64,000 bases of DNA from Candidatus Woesearchaeota archaeon. GTDB taxonomy: Archaea; Nanobdellota; Nanobdellia; Pacearchaeales; GW2011-AR1. Below are positions 19,741-29,297 of the stretch, piece after piece; within the stretch, counting starts at the first letter, position 1, and the number at the start of each line of letters is the position of its first letter. The translations under genes were made by a program, and so were the position numbers. Below the pieces are notes generated by a model. It was not told the origin of the DNA. It worked only from the letters and a program-made list of their open reading frames with translations, and did no database searches. The stretch lies in NCBI GenBank assembly GCA_964468545.1, contig CAYXTT010000001.1, positions 1,894-65,893 on the forward strand. Reading direction: 5' to 3'.

Positions 19741-19979
19741 CATTTCCTAACAGAAAAAACTTCACATTCAAAATCAAGATTTAATTCCTTGGCAACGTCT
19801 TCCTTCAACTTCAAAACATCAAATTCAATCTTCGCAGCCTCCAATTTCTCGACAATTTCATCTCGAGTATCTTTGCAAATAAAAACATTTTTCAACTTTT
19901 TCCCGCCCTTCAACGCCTGCCTCAACCCAAAAAAAACTTTCCCCCTTTCCATCGCTTCCGCCAAATCTTTTACACTCAT
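19740..19979 (-). CDS. rpl30e: Ribosomal protein L30e (L7Ae/L30e fold).
   Basis: GKVFFGLRQALKGGKKLKNVFIC. Conserved position downstream of rpoA. Its ATGA start overlaps the rpoA stop. Confidence 0.7.
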   Translation of the reverse strand: MSVKDLAEAMERGKVFFGLRQALKGGKKLKNVFICKDTRDEIVEKLEAAKIEFDVLKLKEDVAKELNLDFECEVFSVRK

Positions 19980-22900
19980 TTCTTTTTCTCCTTAACTTTA
20001 TTAGCCAAACTTCCTGTCACCTTAACCAACAACCCCGGCAATCCCGTCCCAACCGGAACCGGCTGATTCAAAATAATATTCTCAATCACCGACGCTAATT
20101 TATCTTTCTTCCCGGTTTTCGTCGCTTGAACAAATTGCTTGACTGGTGTTTCAAAAGATGCCCTCGCCAAAATCGAACTCTTGTCAGAAATAATTCCCAT
20201 TCTCGTAATCCCTTTCACTATCCCCGAACTAACCATCGTATCCGCAACCAACATCGCATGTTTACCATCAACCGCCAACCCCTGCGAACTAATTATTTTA
20301 TTAATTTCATTAATTATCAATTGTCGCGCCGCCTCAATCCCAAGAACACTCGCAACCTCATGAATATCATTACTCAAAACCTTATTGCCATCAACTCCCT
20401 TAAACGCCAGCACATCTTTAAGATTAGAACCCGCCGTCAAAATCACAAAATCTTTCCCCCTCTTGACAACCAAAACCTGAGAAATCTTTTTAACTCCAGT
20501 TAAAATAACCTCCTTAATTTTCTCTTTTGTTTTATAAATAGTTTTAAAATCTTCCTTCGTCATATCCAACACAAACCCATCAGACAATCTTTTCATACTA
20601 TAACCCTTTATCTTCAAAACCTCCACAACTTTTTCCAATCCAATATGCACCGACCTCAAAGCCTTCTCGTCAATATTAACTTTAATCTTCTTCGTCCCAA
20701 AATCAATACCAATGCCAGAAATAACCTCCTTCAACTTGACCTCTTTGATTTTCTCCGCAACAACCCTCGCATCCTTCTCATTATTGTGTTCTTTATCCAA
20801 CCAAATTTCCATCGACGGTGTTTTCGGCAATTTCCTCGCATCTAAAATTTCAATAATACGTGGCAATCCCTGCGTAACCTGCATCTCAGCAACACCAGCA
20901 GAATGGAAAACATTCAAAACCATTTGCGTCGATGCCTCGCCAAAACTCTGAGCAGTTACAACACCAATCGCTTCACCCGGAGCAACTTTCTTATTATTAT
21001 GCCTCTCTGAAATGTCAACTCCATCAACTCCATACACGAACTGAACAATATTATTAGAAGCATCCCTCACCGTCCCATCATAAGCCATAACTAAATCTTG
21101 CAACGCATTCGCCAACCTTCTATACAAATAACCCGACTTCGGCGTCCTCAACGCAACATCCATTAACCCATCTCTGCCAGTCATCGCACCAAAGAAAAAT
21201 TCATCAGGTCTAAACCCATCCATCAACGAACTATAAACAAACCCGCGCGCCCTCGGCGACAAATCATCCTTCCTGAAAAACGACAATGTTCTACCGGTAT
21301 ACCCAAAATCGATTCTCCTTCCATGCAAAACCTGTTGCCCAACCGAACACGCAATCTGTGTAATATTCAACATACTACCAGATGCCCCAGAACCAATCAT
21401 CTTACTCGCCAAATTATCCTTAGGAAAACCTTCCTTAACCGCGTCGCCGATCTCCGTTCTCGTTTCATTCAACACCTGCAAAATTTTTGTCTCTCTTGTT
21501 TCTTCCGCACTCTTTCCCGGCAACAAATCCAAACTTTTATTATAATAATTTTCTATAATCTCTTTCGTCTTCAACTCAGCAGATTCTATAATCTTCTCCG
21601 TTTTCTTCTTCACGGCGTCGGGAACATTCAAATCATCAGCCGAAAGCGTAAACCCCGTCCTCGACAAAAACACCGTCCCCAACATAAAAACCTGTCTCAA
21701 TAATTCCATAGTTTCATCTCGACCCAATTTTATATCCGCCGCCCTCAAAGCATCTCCCCGCCCAGTTTTAAAGCTCGTCGCATTAAACTTACCATTTTTA
21801 GAAGATATACCATGCGCAATCCCCACAACTTCCTTCGGCACAATCTTCTCAAAAATACTTATTCCCGAATTCATCTTATTTAAACCGCCAACCTTGATAC
21901 CCGATTCATACAATAACTGCGTCGCATCCTCTTTATTTAATTCCGACTCACTCAAAATAAAATTCCCAGAAACAGCATCCTTAACACACCCAATAAAATT
22001 CATATTATTTTTAGGAGAAAACAAATTAGCATTTACATTCAACAACAACTTCGCTTCAGCCCTCGCCTCCTCAGTTTGCGGCGCATGAATATTCATCTCG
22101 TCGCCATCAAAATCCGCGCCATAAGGACCACAAGTCGCCGGATGAATTCTAAAAGTTCTCCCGGGAATTATCTTGACAAAATGCGCCATCAACGAAGCCC
22201 GATGCAAAGAAGGATGCCTGTTAAACAAAACCACATCTCCGTCAACAAGATGCCTCTCAACAATATATCCCGTCTCCAGTTCTTCAACCAATTCCTCTCT
22301 CAAATCATCAGTAATCCTCTTCCTCTTCCCGTCAGACCGAATAATATAATTCGCGGCAGGATAACTCGTCTTAGCAACCAACGCCTTCATTCTCTTCATG
22401 TTCACACTCGTAACCCTCTCCGCAACCGTCAAAATTTTCGCAACTTCAATCGGTATACCAACCTCATTCAACTTCATATTAAGATCTGGCGAAATAACCG
22501 TCCTCGCAGAATAATTAACTCTTTTCCCTGCCAAGTTTTTCCTAATCCGACCTTCCTTCCCCTTAATCCTCTCGGTAATCGTTTTCAATGGCTGCCCACT
22601 CCTATGCCTCGCCGGCGGAATCTTCGCAATCGAATTATCAAAAAAAGTCGTAACATGATACTGCAACAAATCCCACAAGTCCTCGATAATAACTTCCGGC
22701 GCACCCGCATTCAAATTCTCCCACAACCTCTGATTCGACCTAATAATGTCCGACAACTTATGAGTCAAATCATCCTCTGACCTCTCTCCCGACTCCAAAG
22801 TAATCGACGGTCGCACAGTTACCGACGGCACCAACAACAAAGTCAAAATCGTACTCTCCGGTCTCAATGTCGCAGCATTAATCCCAAGAATTTTCAAATC

Positions 22901-23416
22901 CCCATCACTAACCTTAACCAATCTCTCTCTAATCTCCGACGGAAACAATCTCCTTCTCCCGCTCCTAAAAGTCGTCGGCTTCTCCAGCCTCACCCTTTCC
23001 TGAATAATCCCACAATGCGGACACCTCTTCCCGTCCTTCGCCTTCTTAATTCTCATTACTAACCCCTTCGACAAATCCTTCTCATCCTTAATCAAAACTT
23101 TCCCACACGCCTCACAAGTGCACCTCAAAACCAAATCAATAATTGGTAAATACTTAATATGAATCACCGGCCGCGCCAGCTCAATCATCCCAGGATGACC
23201 AAGACATTCTTTCAACCGCCCTCCGCAAGTCCGACACCTCACTCCCGGGTCAATCGCACCAAGTCGCAAATCCATCAAACCACCGTCGACAGGATATCCA
23301 TCAACATCATAAAGTTCCGGCGTCACAATCTTCGCAACCGATAATTTCTTAATCTGCTCCGGATTCAACAACTGAAACTCCATTCCCTTAACTTGCTTCT
23401 TCACCGGCCTATTCAT
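19976..23416 (-). CDS. rpoA: DNA-directed RNA polymerase subunit A, with the A' and A'' parts fused in one reading frame. The track start 23434 is a TTG; the first ATG gives MNRPVKKQVKGMEFQLL.
   Basis: The N-terminal Zn motif CRTCGG...C and the A' catalytic regions. The frame continues through GVDGVDISE...GEASTQMVLNVFHSAGV into A''-type C-terminal motifs (VDGKHAMLVADTM). Confidence 0.9.
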   Translation of the reverse strand: MNRPVKKQVKGMEFQLLNPEQIKKLSVAKIVTPELYDVDGYPVDGGLMDLRLGAIDPGVRCRTCGGRLKECLGHPGMIELARPVIHIKYLPIIDLVLRCTCEACGKVLIKDEKDLSKGLVMRIKKAKDGKRCPHCGIIQERVRLEKPTTFRSGRRRLFPSEIRERLVKVSDGDLKILGINAATLRPESTILTLLLVPSVTVRPSITLESGERSEDDLTHKLSDIIRSNQRLWENLNAGAPEVIIEDLWDLLQYHVTTFFDNSIAKIPPARHRSGQPLKTITERIKGKEGRIRKNLAGKRVNYSARTVISPDLNMKLNEVGIPIEVAKILTVAERVTSVNMKRMKALVAKTSYPAANYIIRSDGKRKRITDDLREELVEELETGYIVERHLVDGDVVLFNRHPSLHRASLMAHFVKIIPGRTFRIHPATCGPYGADFDGDEMNIHAPQTEEARAEAKLLLNVNANLFSPKNNMNFIGCVKDAVSGNFILSESELNKEDATQLLYESGIKVGGLNKMNSGISIFEKIVPKEVVGIAHGISSKNGKFNATSFKTGRGDALRAADIKLGRDETMELLRQVFMLGTVFLSRTGFTLSADDLNVPDAVKKKTEKIIESAELKTKEIIENYYNKSLDLLPGKSAEETRETKILQVLNETRTEIGDAVKEGFPKDNLASKMIGSGASGSMLNITQIACSVGQQVLHGRRIDFGYTGRTLSFFRKDDLSPRARGFVYSSLMDGFRPDEFFFGAMTGRDGLMDVALRTPKSGYLYRRLANALQDLVMAYDGTVRDASNNIVQFVYGVDGVDISERHNNKKVAPGEAIGVVTAQSFGEASTQMVLNVFHSAGVAEMQVTQGLPRIIEILDARKLPKTPSMEIWLDKEHNNEKDARVVAEKIKEVKLKEVISGIGIDFGTKKIKVNIDEKALRSVHIGLEKVVEVLKIKGYSMKRLSDGFVLDMTKEDFKTIYKTKEKIKEVILTGVKKISQVLVVKRGKDFVILTAGSNLKDVLAFKGVDGNKVLSNDIHEVASVLGIEAARQLIINEINKIISSQGLAVDGKHAMLVADTMVSSGIVKGITRMGIISDKSSILARASFETPVKQFVQATKTGKKDKLASVIENIILNQPVPVGTGLPGLLVKVTGSLANKVKEKKK

Positions 23417-23432
23417 CTTACCGCCCCCAAAC

Positions 23433-23565
23433 AAAATCCGTGTTCGTCCATGTTAGTCCGTGTACCATTATTTCCAAAACTATAAGTTACATCAAGTTGC
23501 CCAACTCCTCCGAATGCCGAATGCCGAATGCCGAATGCCGCGAATGAAATTTCCGATTTCATTCG
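23433..23565 (+). repeat. Composite repeat element B in the rpoB-rpoA spacer. It has the decamer block AAAATCCGTGTTCGTCCATGTTAGTCCGTGT, an AAGTTACATCAAGTTGCCC segment, (CCGAATG)x3.5 and the hairpin GAATGAAAT-ttccg-ATTTCATTC.
   Basis: Seen in the sequence. The 3' hairpin arm overlaps the last two rpoB codons. Confidence 0.8.
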
Positions 23566-26500
23566 TACTTGTTTTTGAGTTCGAATTTAGTTAACAAATG
23601 CAAACCCTGCAACTCTTCAATCAACAACTTGAACGCATACGAAACCTCGACGGGCTCAACCTGATTCGAATGACAAAGCGAACAAACTTTCTTGTTATGA
23701 ATTTGGTCATCGATAACAATAGCCCCGCACTTCGTGCAAATATTTATCACAACCTTATCAGAATCATATCTCTCTTTCAATAACAGCGACGCTCCGTGCC
23801 CGACCAATGCCTCTTGCTCCATTTCTCCAAGTCTCAAAGCTCCACCTCGTGCCCGACCTTCAATCGGCTGTCGCGTCAACAACGCAATCTTCCCCGACGC
23901 CCGCGAATGCATCTTGTCCGCGACCATATATTTCAACTTCAAATAAAACATATTACCAATAAAAATCTTCACCGGCATCCTCTGTCCCGTAATTCCATTA
24001 TACATAACCTCTTTCCCATTCTCTCTAAACCCAAGCTTCTTCAAATTATTTTCCAAACTATCAATCTTCTCTCCAGAAAAAGCCGAAGCATCAACAATTC
24101 TTCCCGACAAAGCCGCAACCTTCCCAGCCAAAACATCCATCAAATAACCGACAGTCATACGCGACGGTATACCATGCGGATTAAACATAATATCCGGACG
24201 TATACCACTAATAGTAAATGGAACATCACACTCCGGCGCAATCATTCCAAGTATACCCTTTTGCCCATGAGGCACCGAAAATTTATCACCAATCTCGGGA
24301 ATCCTCAACTCTCTCGTCCTCACATGAACAACCATATTCCCCTCCTGATCCTGCGTCACAAAAACAGCGTCGACAATTCCAGTTTCTTCCTGCCTTATCG
24401 CTGAAGAATTCTCTTTTTTCGTCTGAATAGAAATCTCACGCGCCTCGCTCAAAAATTTAGGAGGACTAACCTTCCCAATAACAACTTCTCCCTCGACCAT
24501 CTCGGCCTCAGGAAACACAATTCCATCATCTTCCAAAAATCTATAATTCTCTTCAAGTCTATAACCAGAAACATCTTTATTCGGAATAGTAATCTCATCC
24601 TTAAGCCCACCCGCATAATTTAACTCAACCGAAGTATACGGCCTAAACCTCGAGCTCCTGCCAAATCCCCTATCAACCGAACCTCCATTCAAAACAGTAG
24701 CGTCCTCCATATTGTAACCTTCATAAGGCATGACAGCCAAAACAACATTCTGCCCAACCGGATGCACATCCAAAGTATCATAAATAAAACTTCTAACCAA
24801 CGGCTTCTGCGGATAATGCAAAAGCGAAACATCTGTATCAATTCTCACCGGAAAATTCCCAGCATAAATTCCAAGCCCCTGTCTATAAGCCCTCGAACCC
24901 CCCTTGACCATTCGCGCCGGCGGGTCATGGTCGCCAAACGGAATCAACGAAACACTAACTCCAAAAATATCTATAGCATCAACTTCCAAATGCGTATGTT
25001 CCTTCGTTAAATCTTTCTCATCCAAACAAATATAACAATCGTCCTCTTCGGCCGCGTCCAAATATTCCAAAATTCCCTTTTCAAACAAACCCTCCCAAGT
25101 CAAAACCCCGCTCTTAACCAATTCTAAATGCTCATTCTTCAATCTCGAAACTCCATCCTCGACGACAATCAACGGCCGAATCACACGACCAATTTCAGAA
25201 CTAATAAAAACCGTATCTAAAAATCTATCAAACCTCACCGAAACCTCAAACGGCAATCTTCCCTCTCTTCTAAAATTCCTAACCTTCCCAACAAATCCAT
25301 CAACATCATCAACAGCCCCGATAAACCTCCCGTTATAAAAAACATCAACAGCCCCTTCCACATCTCTCATCCCAGAATCCTTCAATACCCTCAAAACATT
25401 CTCATACTCTATCGTCGTCCTCGTAGAAATCCTCGCCAACAAAGCCAAATTTTTTCTCAATCCAATCTCTGTTCCCTCCGGCGTCTCAATCGGACAAAAC
25501 CTGCCATAATGCGTCGGATGCACAGTCCTCGCCGCAAAATTTTCTTGTTCACCCGGCAAAGTCGAAGTAACTCTCTGTAACTGCGACATAACCGCGAACG
25601 AATTATTTTTATCCATATTCTGCGTCACCCCGCTCCTCTCACCAATCCACGACCCAGTCGCAATCGCCGATTCAACTCGATGAGTAAACAAAGTCGACTT
25701 CGCAATCGTCTTAATCGAATAAAACTTCCTCCTTTTCATCGTCTTCTGCAAAGTGTGCTGCACCTCCCTCAAAAGAATATTAATATTAACCCTAAATAAA
25801 TCAGACAACAAATCCCCAGACAACCTCACTCTCTTGTTTGCGTAATGGTCCTTATCTGTCATCGCCGCACTCGGATTTTCCCTCGCAATATAAAACTGCT
25901 TAATAAACTTACAAAGTGTCCTCGCCTTCTCCATCCTCGATGCCTTATCTAAACCAATATGTGGCAAAAAATACGAATCAATTCTCTGCTTAACTCTATC
26001 AAGCATTTCCTTATTCGTCCCCTGCAACGAACTCTTCTCCGCAATCCACATCAACGCATCATTAACACTTCCAATCCCCGCAAACTCATAAAGATTAACA
26101 ACCAATCCATCCGTCTGCTTCCCAATAAATTTCACAATATCAGCGTCGCTGATCAAACCCAACGCCTTCAATAAAACAATCGCAGGAATATCCCTAAATC
26201 TCGAAAACGAAACCTCCAAAATTCCATAAGGACTCTCAACCAAAGAAACCGGAATTTTATACGCCCCTCTCTGCGAAAATAATCTCAGCATCAACCTATT
26301 CCTTGTTTTCTGCCATTCAACAAAAGTTTGATTCGACGCCAAATCCTCCGCCATCACCATCACTCTCTCATTTCCATTAATCAAAAAATAACCTCCATGA
26401 TCTCTCGAATCAATATAATTCTTCACTAAATCCTCGTCGCTCATCCCACTGAGATTACAAACTCCACTCTTAACCATAATCGGAATTCTCCCCAACTGAA

Positions 26501-26813
26501 CATCCTCGGTCTCAACCTGCCCCCCATAATTAATCGTCATCTCCATCCAAATCGGCGCCGAATAAGTCAAGCTCCTAAGTCTAACCTCCGCCGGCATAAC
26601 CAACCTCGAAGAACCATCCGCCTCGACAATATTGGGCTTCCCAACACGAATCTTCCCCAACTTAATTTCAAAATCATCCGTAGACAAAGAATCAGACAAC
26701 TCCGTCACAATCTCTTGCATCCTATTCTCAATAAAATCATTAAACGATTTTATATTCGACTCAACCAAAGAATGATTCTTCAAAAATTCTTTAACTAAAA
26801 TATGCTCAGTCAT
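23559..26813 (-). CDS. rpoB: DNA-directed RNA polymerase subunit B (unsplit).
   Basis: 1084 aa. Conserved RNAP beta regions, and a C-terminal Zn motif CTKCG...CSLC. Confidence 0.95.
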   Translation of the reverse strand: MTEHILVKEFLKNHSLVESNIKSFNDFIENRMQEIVTELSDSLSTDDFEIKLGKIRVGKPNIVEADGSSRLVMPAEVRLRSLTYSAPIWMEMTINYGGQVETEDVQLGRIPIMVKSGVCNLSGMSDEDLVKNYIDSRDHGGYFLINGNERVMVMAEDLASNQTFVEWQKTRNRLMLRLFSQRGAYKIPVSLVESPYGILEVSFSRFRDIPAIVLLKALGLISDADIVKFIGKQTDGLVVNLYEFAGIGSVNDALMWIAEKSSLQGTNKEMLDRVKQRIDSYFLPHIGLDKASRMEKARTLCKFIKQFYIARENPSAAMTDKDHYANKRVRLSGDLLSDLFRVNINILLREVQHTLQKTMKRRKFYSIKTIAKSTLFTHRVESAIATGSWIGERSGVTQNMDKNNSFAVMSQLQRVTSTLPGEQENFAARTVHPTHYGRFCPIETPEGTEIGLRKNLALLARISTRTTIEYENVLRVLKDSGMRDVEGAVDVFYNGRFIGAVDDVDGFVGKVRNFRREGRLPFEVSVRFDRFLDTVFISSEIGRVIRPLIVVEDGVSRLKNEHLELVKSGVLTWEGLFEKGILEYLDAAEEDDCYICLDEKDLTKEHTHLEVDAIDIFGVSVSLIPFGDHDPPARMVKGGSRAYRQGLGIYAGNFPVRIDTDVSLLHYPQKPLVRSFIYDTLDVHPVGQNVVLAVMPYEGYNMEDATVLNGGSVDRGFGRSSRFRPYTSVELNYAGGLKDEITIPNKDVSGYRLEENYRFLEDDGIVFPEAEMVEGEVVIGKVSPPKFLSEAREISIQTKKENSSAIRQEETGIVDAVFVTQDQEGNMVVHVRTRELRIPEIGDKFSVPHGQKGILGMIAPECDVPFTISGIRPDIMFNPHGIPSRMTVGYLMDVLAGKVAALSGRIVDASAFSGEKIDSLENNLKKLGFRENGKEVMYNGITGQRMPVKIFIGNMFYLKLKYMVADKMHSRASGKIALLTRQPIEGRARGGALRLGEMEQEALVGHGASLLLKERYDSDKVVINICTKCGAIVIDDQIHNKKVCSLCHSNQVEPVEVSYAFKLLIEELQGLHLLTKFELKNKYE

Positions 26814-26832
26814 TTTTCACCTCTTTAAAAAA

Positions 26833-26892
26833 CGACCAGCGACCAGCGACCAGCGACCAGCGATATGAAAAAATCAAAGATCTTTTCATATT
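26833..26892 (+). repeat. Mini-element E in the rpoH-rpoB spacer. (CGACCAG)x4 is followed by the hairpin ATATGAAAA-(11 nt)-TTTTCATAT.
   Basis: Seen in the sequence. It lies between the rpoH stop and the rpoB Shine-Dalgarno GAGGTGA. Confidence 0.8.
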
Positions 26893-27080
26893 ACCACCCT
26901 ATAATAAATTTCATCCGCACGAAAAATTTTAACAACATCTCCCTTTTCGCACCCCTCAGGAAGCCCCGCATCACTCTTAGAAATCTTCGGCAACTGCGCC
27001 AAAGAAATATTAAATTCCTTAAGAACCTTCTCAGCCTCGCTCGAACTCAACTTCACATGTTTGGATTGGAGCACGTGCAT
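26886..27080 (-). CDS. rpoH: RNA polymerase subunit H (Rpb5 homolog).
   Basis: 64 aa. ...LPKISKSDAGLP...GDVVKIFRADEIYYRVVI is typical of RpoH. Confidence 0.9.
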   Translation of the reverse strand: MHVLQSKHVKLSSSEAEKVLKEFNISLAQLPKISKSDAGLPEGCEKGDVVKIFRADEIYYRVVI

Positions 27081-27171
27081 TTTTAGAATATCGCCTTTAG
27101 ATATTCAAAACACCAAAAGTGGCTTTAAAAACTTTTTGCTTTCGCTATTACAAAGTGGTTCGAGTCAAAAA

Positions 27172-28968
27172 TCACAAATCTACAGAAACCATTTTATAAA
27201 ATTCAATCAAATGCGGAATTAAAACTCTACTCCAAGTTTCATACAGTTTATTCGACCCAGAATTCTCCAAAATACTTTTTATATTAACCATTCGCCCAGA
27301 AGAAATAGAACTCTCTCTCGGAATAATTTCACCATTAGTACGAATTGCGTAAACCAACCCAAAATGAACTTTATCGACAGGATTATCTGGCCGATATAAA
27401 GTCCCAAGAAATACCGGCTGACCAACATCGCCAGAAATTTTAACCTCTTCGCCAACTTCCCTCTCTAATCCAGACACAATAAAATTAGGCCCATCTTTTC
27501 TACCAATATGCCCACCAATACCAAGAGAATGCTTCCCAAATAATCTTTCATCGCCATAGTCCTTGATGTCCTTTGCTCTAACATAGCTAAAAACCTCCCT
27601 CTTATCATTAAAACCCAAAACATAAGGAATCAACTGCAACACTAAATCATCTCTCTCGCAATCATAACGAGAATGAAAGAAACCCTCTCCCTCAATTAAA
27701 TCGAACAACTTTTTCTTTTTCTCATCCGAAACAAACTCAAAACCTTCTCGCTCACCCCTAGTCGCCAACAACAATCTCGCATCCTGAACCAAAACATCCC
27801 TGCCTAATTTCGCATAATTCTTAGCAGCCATTCCAAAGTCAAACGACTTAAAATATTTCGCAGTCTTTGGACCTTTCTGAAACTGATAATGGGAACCACT
27901 TCTATCATCCCCATAAAGCTTATCTGGAAACTCAGTCCTAAAGACAGCAATCTCACCAAGAGACATACCATGATGAATCTCTAAATCCGTCGCTTCCTCC
28001 GATGTAATTTCAAAAACCAAATCCCCATCAAAACCATTATCAATAAAACCGGCCCTATGAAGCGATCCACTAATACCCTGATGAGAATGCGCTTTCAATT
28101 CAACATTACAACATTCAGGCACATTCAAAACTTCTTCCGAAGAAACCAAATAATACTCACCTCTTTTAATCTCTAAGACCCCTCCTTTCGCATTCATTGG
28201 TTCAAAATAATCTTCAGCCGAATACTTTTCGCTTTTAGTTAAATCAATCACATTCGGATTTCTTCTCGCTCTTAATGCGACAATGCCCTCGCTATTCCTT
28301 CCCTCCACATCAGAATGAATCTGCAATGCCCCTCCCATATCAGGAGTATCAATAGCCTTCCCATCTACATAATATAAAATAGGATTACTCGACCACGATT
28401 CCACAATTTCCCTCGGCGTCAACTGCGCATTAAACCCTTTAAAAAATCTCAACTGATTCAAACTAATCCCAGGAAAAAGACCAAGATTAAAAGCCAACGG
28501 CTGAAACAAAAGCCACATCATCAACTCTCTGTCTCCACCATAAGAACTAAGCGCTTCATCAAAAGAAGAATTAAAATCTGTTAAAAATCTTGTATTAGGG
28601 AAAACTCTCCCAATACTACTTTTCGGAGAAGATTCAATCATCCTAAATCCATCAAAATGAACACGCTGAACAAGCGGAAGCAAATAAGTAAATCCTATTT
28701 TCGATTCAAACCCACCAGAAATATCAACCCTTTGTCTTCTTCTCGCCGGAAGCTCAAGCAACGACCTATAAACCGCCTTATCTCTACTTGGTCTAAACAA
28801 AGCCTTATCAGTATCAATCACATATACCTCCTCTCCAATCGTCGGCTCAAACGAACTCGGCTGAATTCTAGATTCATCAAATTCAGGATCAACAATAGCT
28901 CCGCTCCTCGCTAACTCTCGAATTTCCTGAGAAACAAGACAACAATCATCTAAACTCATAAAAATCAA
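27172..28968 (-). CDS. Large dCTP-deaminase-family (dUTPase-fold) protein with a duplicated barrel, plus about 230 extra C-terminal residues that may carry a Nudix-like box.
   Basis: The N-terminus LVSQEIRELARSGAIVDPEFDESRIQPSSFEP matches the Dcd start (ILSD.DI...I.P....IQPsSiDLRLG). Also SSIGRVF and LHRAGFIDNGFDGDLVFEI (Dcd gfIDpGf.G.itLE). The C-terminal GGHIGRKDGPNFIVSGLEREVGEEV resembles a Nudix box. Confidence 0.6.
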   Translation of the reverse strand: MIFMSLDDCCLVSQEIRELARSGAIVDPEFDESRIQPSSFEPTIGEEVYVIDTDKALFRPSRDKAVYRSLLELPARRRQRVDISGGFESKIGFTYLLPLVQRVHFDGFRMIESSPKSSIGRVFPNTRFLTDFNSSFDEALSSYGGDRELMMWLLFQPLAFNLGLFPGISLNQLRFFKGFNAQLTPREIVESWSSNPILYYVDGKAIDTPDMGGALQIHSDVEGRNSEGIVALRARRNPNVIDLTKSEKYSAEDYFEPMNAKGGVLEIKRGEYYLVSSEEVLNVPECCNVELKAHSHQGISGSLHRAGFIDNGFDGDLVFEITSEEATDLEIHHGMSLGEIAVFRTEFPDKLYGDDRSGSHYQFQKGPKTAKYFKSFDFGMAAKNYAKLGRDVLVQDARLLLATRGEREGFEFVSDEKKKKLFDLIEGEGFFHSRYDCERDDLVLQLIPYVLGFNDKREVFSYVRAKDIKDYGDERLFGKHSLGIGGHIGRKDGPNFIVSGLEREVGEEVKISGDVGQPVFLGTLYRPDNPVDKVHFGLVYAIRTNGEIIPRESSISSGRMVNIKSILENSGSNKLYETWSRVLIPHLIEFYKMVSVDL

Positions 28969-29066
28969 AACTTTGTTATTTTATTTAAACACTTGTATCT
29001 TAAAAAATATATTTCAAAAAACAACTCTCGGTAACTTTTTAAATTGAAATCCCTCATAAAATTTAT

Positions 29067-29141
29067 GGCTCCGTAGCTCAGCCTGGTTAGAGCACTGGAC
29101 TTTTAATCCAGGTGTCGGGGGTTCAAATCCCCTCGGGGCCA
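29067..29141 (+). tRNA. tRNA-Lys (anticodon TTT).
   Basis: A cloverleaf can be drawn. The anticodon loop is CTTTTAA, the T-loop is TTCAAAT and the acceptor is GGCTCCG/CGGGGCC. Confidence 0.85.
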
Positions 29142-29220
29142 TATAAGGAATTGAAGATTCCTTTTCTATTCTGAATATATTTAAATTCACGACACCATGG
29201 TATCGGCGAACAATTCGCTT

Positions 29221-29292
29221 TGAGTTGTGCTATTTTAATTATTACACAACGAAATGCAAATTGCGAGTAAGATTCAAATCCCCTCAGAGTCA
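29221..29292 (+). repeat. Degenerate decamer-element tail (TGTGCTATTTT...TTACACAA) followed by a partial copy of the tRNA-Lys T-loop and 3' stem (GATTCAAATCCCCTC).
   Basis: Sequence similarity to elements A and D, and a 14/15-nt match to the tRNA-Lys T-arm 125 nt upstream. Confidence 0.4.
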
Positions 29293-29297
29293 CCCCC

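Noticed and set aside
19976-26813. Inteins in rpoA or rpoB.
   Set aside because: Both proteins are at or below typical intein-free lengths, with no extra block interrupting conserved motifs.
29067-29295. Considered an integrated provirus or integrative element at tRNA-Lys.
   Set aside because: The partial tRNA 3' repeat is only 125 nt from the tRNA and no integrase is in the window. At most it is a remnant scar.
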